The translations under genes and the position numbers were made by a program. 32,000 nt of DNA from contig CP126532.1 in NCBI GenBank assembly GCA_030167145.1, positions 900,001 to 932,000 on the forward strand, written 5' to 3'. The DNA is from Ktedonobacterales bacterium (GTDB taxonomy: Bacteria; Chloroflexota; Ktedonobacteria; Ktedonobacterales; JADMIN01). Shown here in pieces: positions 16,231 to 23,565 of this stretch (position 1 is its first letter; each line of letters opens with the position of its first letter). The notes beneath the pieces are model-generated. The model searched no databases and was not told the DNA's origin. It saw only the letters and a list, made by a program, of their open reading frames with translations.

Positions 16231-16851
16231 CTACTTCGTCTTGGTCTGGCTCACATACAGGCACGACTTGGCGGGATACTCATTAGTGGTCGTAACGCCC
16301 GGATTGACGAACAGCGAGACCACATTCGTGTCACCTTGGTTGTACGTGGCGCTGACAATCGTCGTGACCAGATCAGAGTTATGGTGATTCTTGTCCACCA
16401 GAATCGCATGCGCGTGGACGATGGTGAACACGCCACCAGTCTGGGTGCCGATATAGTGGATGAAGTCGTTGTAGCTGACCTGGATGTGCTGATTGGGGTT
16501 GTGCGGCGCGCCCTTCACCCCTTCAACGATCTCGACGCAGTGGCCGCTTGGCGAGTGGCAGCCAGGGACGATGGAGTTCGCCAGCCGGGGCTTGTCACGC
16601 GCCAGCACCACGCCGCCCATCGCACCCACTGCCGCGACCGCGCCGCCCGCCGCGACCGCCGCGCGCAGGAAGCGCCGCCGGCTCGTCGGGTCGGCCAAAC
16701 CTCTTGCGCGAGCCTGGCGCGCCTGCCCATCCGCTGGTGGCGGATTCAGCCATGGGTTCGTCGCCGGATCGCTATTGGGGGCATTCCGCTCCGGCGGAGA
16801 CGGGGGAGACCATTGATTGGTCTCTTCAGGATTGCCGTTGTTCTGATCCAT
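16231..16851 (-). CDS. Tat-signal secreted His-rich protein, paralog A (unknown family)
   Basis: The ATG at 16851 is preceded by GAAGTGGAG. The twin-arginine motif TSRRRFLRAAV is followed by a hydrophobic h-region AAGGAVAAVGAMGGVVLA. A 57-aa extension precedes the RR. The mature domain contains HC...PHNPNQH...VHAHA...KNHHN...SC. Confidence 0.75.
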   Translation of the reverse strand: MDQNNGNPEETNQWSPPSPPERNAPNSDPATNPWLNPPPADGQARQARARGLADPTSRRRFLRAAVAAGGAVAAVGAMGGVVLARDKPRLANSIVPGCHSPSGHCVEIVEGVKGAPHNPNQHIQVSYNDFIHYIGTQTGGVFTIVHAHAILVDKNHHNSDLVTTIVSATYNQGDTNVVSLFVNPGVTTTNEYPAKSCLYVSQTKTK

Positions 16852-17145
16852 GGTATGATGACTCCACTTCATCAGGCTACGCATGCACTACTATTGCATG
16901 CCACACAAGCGCATGCGAATAATGGTAGCCTGCCACTACTGCTAACGGACCAAAGCATATCTAATAACAGTCGCCCAGACAATCCACCACTACATAATGG
17001 CTACTCGTTATAGCGAACCAATGGGAATCAGCATGGGGGAAACATTCTACGGAGCAAGGAAGGCAAGGAGGATACAGTACGCAAAGGATGCCGGATAGGC
17101 CTGGAGTTATGTGCATCGGGCGGATGTTTTCGAGCATATGCCAAT

Positions 17146-17170
17146 CAGGGGCAGTGATGCACTGCCCCTG
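17146..17170 (-). terminator. Stem-loop downstream of Tat paralog B (weak terminator candidate)
   Basis: caggggcag-tgatgca-ctgcccctg forms a 9-bp stem, 21 nt past the stop at 17191. There is no clear U-tract on the minus strand. Confidence 0.3.
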
Positions 17171-17190
17171 ACATTCGCCCGTCCGCTTAG

Positions 17191-17826
17191 CTAGGGGCGA
17201 GTTGCGCTCAGCGTCTGGCTGACATACAGGCACGACTTGGCCGGATACTCATTCGTCGTGGTGACGCCGGGGTTGACGAGGAGCGAGACCACGGCCGTAT
17301 TCCCTTGCTCGAAGTCGGCGCTGATGATGGTGGTGATCAGATCGGGGTTATGATGATTCTTATCCACCAGAATCGCGTGCGAATGCACGATGGTGAACGT
17401 ATTGGTACCGATGTCATAGGTGCCGATGTACGTGATGAAATCGTTGTAGCTGACCTGAATGTGCTGGTTCGGGTTTTGTGGCGAGCCTTTCACCCCTTCG
17501 ACGATCTCGATGCAGTGGCCGCTAGGTGTCACGCTACCTGGCAGGATGGAGTTCGCCAGCCGGGGATGGTTCCGGGCCATGACCACGCCACCCATCGCAC
17601 TCACCGCCGCGACCGCGCCGCCCGCTACCACCGCTGTGCGCAGAAAGCGCCGCCGGCTCGTCGGATCCGACACGCTCCCTAACGCGGTATGCGTCTCCGG
17701 TTCGGCGGCTTGTGGCGGATTCAGCCACGGATTAGTCGCCGGATCGTTATTTGGAACGGTTCGCTCCGGCGGAGACGGGGGAGACCATTGATTGGTCTCT
17801 TCAGGATTGCCGTTGTTCTGATCCAT
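17191..17826 (-). CDS. Tat-signal secreted His-rich protein, paralog B
   Basis: The ATG at 17826 has the same GAAGTGGAG leader as paralog A. Contains TSRRRFLRTAV followed by an h-region. By eye it is roughly three quarters identical to paralog A at the protein level, and the first 65 nt of the two CDSs are identical. Confidence 0.75.
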   Translation of the reverse strand: MDQNNGNPEETNQWSPPSPPERTVPNNDPATNPWLNPPQAAEPETHTALGSVSDPTSRRRFLRTAVVAGGAVAAVSAMGGVVMARNHPRLANSILPGSVTPSGHCIEIVEGVKGSPQNPNQHIQVSYNDFITYIGTYDIGTNTFTIVHSHAILVDKNHHNPDLITTIISADFEQGNTAVVSLLVNPGVTTTNEYPAKSCLYVSQTLSATRP

Positions 17827-18189
17827 GTTACGATGACTCCACTTCCAAAGGCTGCGCATGGAACAATGTGTCCCCGCCAGCCACCTCGTCACTGCCACTT
17901 AGAACGACCCTGAACAATGGCACTGGCGCGTACCATGATACGCTGGCCACCCATCCGTTCCGGGCTGCGCGCTACTCACAAACCTGAGCAACGATATGAG
18001 CCTGCGTGGCGCTCATGCGCCTTCGATTATTTTGCCATCAGTAACAACGGGCCTTGGGAGATTTCATAACAGTCCATTCGGACTACCCCCCCCTAATAGT
18101 CCTAGGGCGAGACGCTCTAAAATCACGAAGAAGCATTGCCTGCGAGCGTCTTGCGCTTCCATTGGGAGTGAAATGTCACGCTGCGAGTG

Positions 18190-18218
18190 TTGAAGCTCTG
18201 CCAGCGGAATGCTACACT
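18190..18218 (+). promoter_or_regulatory. Candidate sigma70-type promoter for the nucleotidyltransferase gene
   Basis: TTGAAG (18190-18195), a 17-nt spacer, then TACACT (18213-18218). It lies about 35 nt upstream of the ATG at 18254. Confidence 0.3.
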
Positions 18219-18253
18219 GGTCCGGCGGAAGATCTTGGGAAGTGGAGCTACAG

Positions 18254-19459
18254 ATGGGGCGCGCAAACGACCGAAGGACACTCGTGGCGCAGGCAGGCGA
18301 TCCGCGTGCCGCGCTCGCTGAATCCGCCCCCCGCGGCTATGACACACCGGCAGGCGTCTTCGTCGTCGCGTGCGCGCACCGTGACCTTTCGGATGCGGCG
18401 CTCGCCCACGTGCGCGAGGTTGGGCTGCGGCTGGATACGGAGCAATGGCGCACCGCGCTGGGTATCGCGACGCTCGGTGGGATAGCGAGCCTTGTCTATG
18501 CCCATGCCGCCGCTGCCGGTCTGCTGGCCGCTATACCAGAGGAGGTACGCGACGAGTTCTCCGCCGCCTATCGCACTACGCTGGTCAGCAATCTGCGGCT
18601 GCGCAATGAGCAGGCCACACTGCTGGCACGGCTCGCCGAGCAGGGCATCGAAGCTGTGGCCGTCAAGGGCGTCGCGCTGGCGCTGCGCTACTATGGTAAT
18701 CTGGCGCTGCGCCCAGTGGGCGATATTGATCTACTGGTGCGCCGGTCGCAGATTGAGTCGGGCGCGGCGGTCCTGCGCGAGATGGGCTATGTGGCGCTGC
18801 CCGGCTCTGGCCATGCGCGCGCCTTCGGCGCGCTGCGCAATCGTGCTCTGGTCTATCTCAAGGAAGATGGCCCTACCGTCGAACTGCACTGGGATCTCGC
18901 CAGTGTGCCACCCTATGCGGAACGCTTCGCTACTTCCGCTATCTGGGGGCGCACGCAGCGCATGGCGGTCGGAAGCGCTGAGGCGCGCTATCTGGACCCA
19001 GCCGACGAACTGCGCTACCTCTGCTTTCACTATGCCGCGCAGCATTACGCTGAGCGACTGATCTGGCTGGTGGACATCGCCGAGTTGGTCGGCGCGTTGC
19101 CTGCTGATTGGGACTGGCTGGTCTTCGTGAATGACACGCGGGAAGCTGGGCTGGCGCTGCCGATGGCGTATGCGCTGGCGCTGGCGCAACAACTGCTCGA
19201 CCTTGCCATACCGACGGCTGCGCTGGCAGCGCTGACTGAGGCGGCAGCCGCCGCTGATGAGGGTATCGCTTGGCGGGTAGCACGTGCGCGGTTTACGCGA
19301 CCGGACATACTGGCGCGGTATCTACTGGCATTCGATGCGCCAGCGGACCGGGCGCATTTCTTGCGTGGGGCGCTGCCGCATGCGTTACGACAGTGGGCAT
19401 CGGATGCGCGCGATGCCTTCAGAGCGCGCTGGAACAACCGGAGGATGCCAGATAGCTAG
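18254..19459 (+). CDS. Nucleotidyltransferase family protein (NTP_transf_5 / 'uncharacterised nucleotidyltransferase' type)
   Basis: The ATG at 18254 is preceded by GGAAGTGGAG (the track ORF starts at 18209). Contains IEAVAVKGVALALRYYGNLALRPVGDIDLLVR...VELHWDL, the G-x-x-R-x(n)-D-I-D-L-L pattern of this family. Confidence 0.8.
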   Translation: MGRANDRRTLVAQAGDPRAALAESAPRGYDTPAGVFVVACAHRDLSDAALAHVREVGLRLDTEQWRTALGIATLGGIASLVYAHAAAAGLLAAIPEEVRDEFSAAYRTTLVSNLRLRNEQATLLARLAEQGIEAVAVKGVALALRYYGNLALRPVGDIDLLVRRSQIESGAAVLREMGYVALPGSGHARAFGALRNRALVYLKEDGPTVELHWDLASVPPYAERFATSAIWGRTQRMAVGSAEARYLDPADELRYLCFHYAAQHYAERLIWLVDIAELVGALPADWDWLVFVNDTREAGLALPMAYALALAQQLLDLAIPTAALAALTEAAAAADEGIAWRVARARFTRPDILARYLLAFDAPADRAHFLRGALPHALRQWASDARDAFRARWNNRRMPDS

Positions 19460-19479
19460 CAACTGCTGTCTGTGCGTGT

Positions 19480-19509
19480 TTGACACTGCGCGTTTGCGTG
19501 GGCTATGGT
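19480..19509 (+). promoter_or_regulatory. Candidate sigma70-type promoter upstream of clpP
   Basis: TTGACA (19480-19485), an 18-nt spacer, then TATGGT (19504-19509). This would give a leader of about 105 nt before the ATG at 19620. Confidence 0.4.
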
Positions 19510-19619
19510 ACAAACACCCGCACCGGACATGCCCGCCGGGTGACGGCGATTGAGGCACGTCTTTTGGTGCGAGCGGCTGGCGGCGAGACGCATAAGGCCG
19601 CATTCTCAAGGAGCACAGC

Positions 19620-20288
19620 ATGCCATCCTATTCTGATCCACACGCGCTGTGGCAGGCGAATACCAACCTTGCCTCAATGCCGCGGAATCTGCTGGTGCCG
19701 AATGTCATCGAGCAGACACCCCGTGGCGAGCGTGGCATGGATATTTATTCGCGCCTGCTGAAGGAGCGCATCATCTTCATTGGCACGCCGATTGACGACC
19801 ATGTCGCCAATCTCGTGGTCGCACAATTGCTTTTCCTGCAGAGCGAAGACGCGACCAAAGACATCAGCATCTATATCAATAGCCCTGGCGGCAGCGTCTA
19901 TGCCGGTCTGGCGGTCTACGACACGATGCAGTATCTCAAGCCTGACATCGCCACGTTCTGCATGGGCATGGCGATGAGCATGGGCGCGGTGCTGCTAGCG
20001 GCGGGCGCGAAGAACAAGCGCTATGCGCTGCCGAACTCGACAATCCTCATCCACCAGCCTCTCGGCGGCGCTGAGGGCCAGGCGACAGATATCGAGATCA
20101 CCGCACGCGAGATCATCCGCATCCGCACGGCGCTCTACGATATCCTCGTCAAGCACACCGGGCAGACAATGGAGCGCATCAAGCTCGACTCGGACCGCAA
20201 CTTCTATATGACTGCCCAAACCGCCAAGGAATACGGCATCATTGACGACATCCTGGTGCCCAGCACCGACCACGGCTACGGCGAGTAG
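19620..20288 (+). CDS. clpP: ATP-dependent Clp protease proteolytic subunit
   Basis: The ATG is preceded by AAGGAG. Diagnostic sequence [43 protein letters not shown]...INSPGGSV...[14 protein letters not shown]...LIHQPLGG. Confidence 0.95.
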   Translation: MPSYSDPHALWQANTNLASMPRNLLVPNVIEQTPRGERGMDIYSRLLKERIIFIGTPIDDHVANLVVAQLLFLQSEDATKDISIYINSPGGSVYAGLAVYDTMQYLKPDIATFCMGMAMSMGAVLLAAGAKNKRYALPNSTILIHQPLGGAEGQATDIEITAREIIRIRTALYDILVKHTGQTMERIKLDSDRNFYMTAQTAKEYGIIDDILVPSTDHGYGE

Positions 20289-20318
20289 TCCGCGCGGCGC
20301 GACACCTGCATGCTCTTG

Positions 20319-20362
20319 GCCGGCCCCGGCGTGCGATGCGGTTCGCATGCTTCGGGGCCGGC
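20319..20362 (+). terminator. Long GC-rich stem-loop after clpP (terminator-like)
   Basis: gccggccccg (20319-20328) pairs with cggggccggc (20353-20362), a 10-bp stem. The 24-nt loop contains an inner atgcg/cgcat stem. No strong T-tract follows. Confidence 0.35.
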
Positions 20363-20423
20363 GTTCGCGCTCTGGTGGTGTGCGATCCGCGCGACGCGCA
20401 TGCGGATTGAAGGGAGACGGCCG

Positions 20424-21113
20424 ATGACGGCTCGCAACCCAGATCCGCTGCGCGGGCGGATCGTCTATACGCTGTTTGAGACGCTCTACCGCAACCGTCT
20501 GCTCTACTGGTTCGCCAGCACGATTCCGTTCGCTGGGCAATGGCGCACCTGGCAACGGCTGGTGATTCCGCACTTGCGTGGCCACGACGTGCTGGAGGTT
20601 GGCTGCGGCATCGGCACACTGGTCGCCGACATGGTGCGCGCGGGCTATGTCTGCACGGCGGTGGATCGCTCGCCGCAGATGGTCGCCGCCACGCGCGCGC
20701 GCCTGCGCCGGCATGGGCTGAGCACAACGAGCGTGTTCGAGGCCGATGTGCGGCAACTGCCTTTCGCTGGCGCATCGTTCGACTCTGTGGTCAGCACCTT
20801 TCCGACAGATTACATCTTCGATCCGGCGGCGCTCAGCGAGATTACGCGCGTGCTGCGTCCAGGTGGACGGCTGGTGATCGTCATCGGCGCGGAGATTTTG
20901 CCGGTCAACGCGCTGACGCTGCCGTTCGTCGGCATCCAGACGCTGGTGTACGGGCGCAGAGCACGCACGGAGCCGAAGACTGCTGAAACTTTGCCCGTGG
21001 CGAAGGAGAATCTGCTGCTAGCGTTGATGGCGCGTGCAGGCTTGCATGGACGGCGTGAGGGGATGCGTGGCCCATTCTGGGAAGCGACCCTGTATATTGG
21101 TGAGAAATCTTAG
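20424..21113 (+). CDS. Class I SAM-dependent methyltransferase
   Basis: Trimmed to the ATG at 20424, which is preceded by AAGGGAG. Motif I VLEVGCGIGTL, plus DRSPQMV, LPFAGASFDSVV and LRPGGRLVIV. Confidence 0.85.
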   Translation: MTARNPDPLRGRIVYTLFETLYRNRLLYWFASTIPFAGQWRTWQRLVIPHLRGHDVLEVGCGIGTLVADMVRAGYVCTAVDRSPQMVAATRARLRRHGLSTTSVFEADVRQLPFAGASFDSVVSTFPTDYIFDPAALSEITRVLRPGGRLVIVIGAEILPVNALTLPFVGIQTLVYGRRARTEPKTAETLPVAKENLLLALMARAGLHGRREGMRGPFWEATLYIGEKS

Positions 21114-21203
21114 TATCCAGCCGCATTATTTTGCGTGACACTAAAGCGGTGGGGACGATGGTCCCCGCAGAGACGCCACACTTGACATCGTGATAGAGCA
21201 CCT

Positions 21204-23564
21204 ATGCACCAGAAAAGCATTACCACACTCGAATATCCCAAAATCCTGGAGCGCCTGGCGCGCGAGGCGGCATTCTCCGCCAGCAAAGAGCTTGCGTTGC
21301 GGCTCGCGCCGAGCGACGACCTGAATGAGGTGCGGCGACGTCTCGCCTACACCACGGAGGCGCGGCGGCTGATGGATCTGCGGCCGGATGTGGGCGTGCG
21401 CGGCGCGCGAGACGTGCGCCCGAACGCGGCGGCGGCCGAGCGCGGTGTGGTGCTCTCCCCCGCCGATCTCTATGACGTGCTCGTGACGCTGCGCTCGTCT
21501 GGCTATGTCTCCAAGCTCATCGCCAGGGTGGACGATTCCTTTCCGCTGATGAAAGCGCTGGCCGAAGATCTGCCCATGCGCCCAACATTGGAGGCGCACA
21601 TCGCGGAGAGCGTCAGTGAAGAGGGCGACGTGCTGGATAGCGCTTCGCCGGAGCTACGGCGGCTGCGCGTGGAGATTCGTGGCGCGCAGCAGCGGCTGCA
21701 GGAACGCCTGAGCACGCTGGTCGGCGAGTTCCGCACGGCGCTGCAAGAGCCAATCATCACCATGCGGAATGACCGCTATGTGCTGCCGGTACGGGCGGAG
21801 GCGCGCAGCCAGGTGCGCGGCGTGGTTCACGACCAATCGGGAAGCGGGGCGACGATCTTCATCGAGCCGCTGGTCGTCGTCGAGATGAACAACCGGCTGC
21901 GCCAGTTGCATCTGGCCGAGGCTGATGAGATCGAGCGCATCCTGCGCGAGCTATCGGACGAGGTGGCCAAAGAGGGACCGTACATCCGGCTCGCGGTCGA
22001 ATTGCTGGCGGAGATTGACCTGCATCTCGCCAAGGCGCGCTATGCCAGTTTGATTCGCGCGGGCGCGCCACAGGTGGACCCCGACGGCAAGTTAGATCTG
22101 CGTGAGGCGCGTCATCCGCTGCTCAGCGGCAAGGTTGTGCCGATTGACTTCCGGCTCGGCGAAGACTTCGCGATGGTGGTGATCACCGGGCCGAATACCG
22201 GCGGTAAGACGGTCGCGCTGAAGACAGTCGGCCTGCTCTGCCTGATGGCGCAATCCGGCATGCATATTCCGGCGCGTGATGACTCGGTGGTGCCGGTCTA
22301 CGACGCGATCTACGCCGACATTGGTGACGAGCAGAGCATCGAGCAGAGCCTCAGCACGTTCTCGTCGCACCTGAGCCGCATCGTCGAGATTCTGCGCGCG
22401 GCTCGCCCAGGATCGCTGGTGCTGCTGGACGAACTGGGCGCGGGGACGGATCCCAGCGAAGGCTCGGCGCTGGCCCGCGCGATCCTGAGCAACCTGCTGG
22501 CGCGTGGTGTCGCGACCATTGCCACGACGCACTACTCTGAACTCAAGGCGTTCGCGCACGAAGAGGCTGGTGTCGCCAACGCTTCGGTCGAATTCGATGT
22601 CGAGACGCTCTCGCCGACGTATCACCTGAGCATCGGCCTGCCGGGGCGCAGCAATGCGCTGGCCATCGCCGCGCGCCTGGGTCTGCCGGAGGAGATCATC
22701 ACCAGTGCGCGTGAGTTCCTGGGCAGCGCGGGGGTGGAGATGGAGAGTCTGCTCGAAGGTCTGCAAGCCGACCGGCGTGCCGCCGCCGACGAACGCTACC
22801 ATCTGAGCATGGAACGCGCCGAAGCCGAATATCTGCGGCGCGAGAACGAGCGGCAGCGCGCTGATCTAGAAGCGGAGCGCGTGCGCATTCTGAACAGCGC
22901 TCGCGCCCAGGCGCGCCGCGAGTTGGAGGAAGTGCAATCGCAGCTCGCGCATATGCGCGGCCAATTGCAGCGCAGGCATATCGCGCCGGAGCAACTGAGC
23001 GCGATGCGCGGCAGGGCGCAAAAGCTGGAACAAAAGACAGCGCCAGAGCCAGAACCCGAACGGCCACGGGTGGAAGAACCTGAAGATACGGTCATCAGTG
23101 GTCCGTTGCAGATCGGCGATATGGTGCGTGTGCGCGGCATGAACGCGCGTGGCGAGTTGCTGACGCTGCCGGACGCACGCAGCGAGGTGGAAGTGCAGCT
23201 TGGCCCCTTGAAGACGCGCGTGAAAGCGCGCGAGTTGGAGCGGCTCAGCAAGCGACAGGTGCGCACCGAAGAGCGTGCGCTGATCTCTGTGCCGACACTG
23301 CATCCCGTCGCGCCGCCAGATATGCAGTTGGATGTGCGCGGCCAGCGGGTGGATGACGTGCTGCCCGAAGTGGATCGCTATTTAAACGATGCCTATCTCG
23401 CAGGCCTGCCTTTTGTACGTATCCTGCACGGCAAAGGCACGGGAGCGCTACGCCAGGCGATCCGCGAGCAACTGGCACACCACCCGCTGGTGAAATCGTT
23501 CGCCTCCGCGCCCGCCAATGAAGGCGGTGAGGGGATTACGGCGGTTACGCTCACGACTGGCTGA
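21204..23564 (+). CDS. mutS2: Endonuclease MutS2 (MutS-family ATPase with C-terminal Smr domain)
   Basis: N-terminus TLEYPKILERLA, P-loop ITGPNTGGKTVALKTVGL, LLDELGAGTDP, and an Smr domain LDVRGQRVDDVLPEVDRYLNDA...ILHGKGTGALRQAI. Confidence 0.95.
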   Translation: MHQKSITTLEYPKILERLAREAAFSASKELALRLAPSDDLNEVRRRLAYTTEARRLMDLRPDVGVRGARDVRPNAAAAERGVVLSPADLYDVLVTLRSSGYVSKLIARVDDSFPLMKALAEDLPMRPTLEAHIAESVSEEGDVLDSASPELRRLRVEIRGAQQRLQERLSTLVGEFRTALQEPIITMRNDRYVLPVRAEARSQVRGVVHDQSGSGATIFIEPLVVVEMNNRLRQLHLAEADEIERILRELSDEVAKEGPYIRLAVELLAEIDLHLAKARYASLIRAGAPQVDPDGKLDLREARHPLLSGKVVPIDFRLGEDFAMVVITGPNTGGKTVALKTVGLLCLMAQSGMHIPARDDSVVPVYDAIYADIGDEQSIEQSLSTFSSHLSRIVEILRAARPGSLVLLDELGAGTDPSEGSALARAILSNLLARGVATIATTHYSELKAFAHEEAGVANASVEFDVETLSPTYHLSIGLPGRSNALAIAARLGLPEEIITSAREFLGSAGVEMESLLEGLQADRRAAADERYHLSMERAEAEYLRRENERQRADLEAERVRILNSARAQARRELEEVQSQLAHMRGQLQRRHIAPEQLSAMRGRAQKLEQKTAPEPEPERPRVEEPEDTVISGPLQIGDMVRVRGMNARGELLTLPDARSEVEVQLGPLKTRVKARELERLSKRQVRTEERALISVPTLHPVAPPDMQLDVRGQRVDDVLPEVDRYLNDAYLAGLPFVRILHGKGTGALRQAIREQLAHHPLVKSFASAPANEGGEGITAVTLTTG

Positions 23565-23565
23565 T

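Noticed and set aside
14951-19459. Canonical lasso-peptide biosynthetic cluster
   Set aside because: PqqD, an HprK-like kinase and a nucleotidyltransferase are present. However, no asparagine-synthetase-like cyclase, transglutaminase-like leader protease, ABC exporter or short precursor ORF is visible in or beside the cluster.
21140-21203. TTGACA (about 21181-21186) and a ggggac/gtcccc hairpin upstream of mutS2, considered as a promoter and terminator pair
   Set aside because: No acceptable -10 lies at the right spacing before the ATG at 21204, and the hairpin has only a 6-bp stem without a T-tract. This is too weak to annotate.
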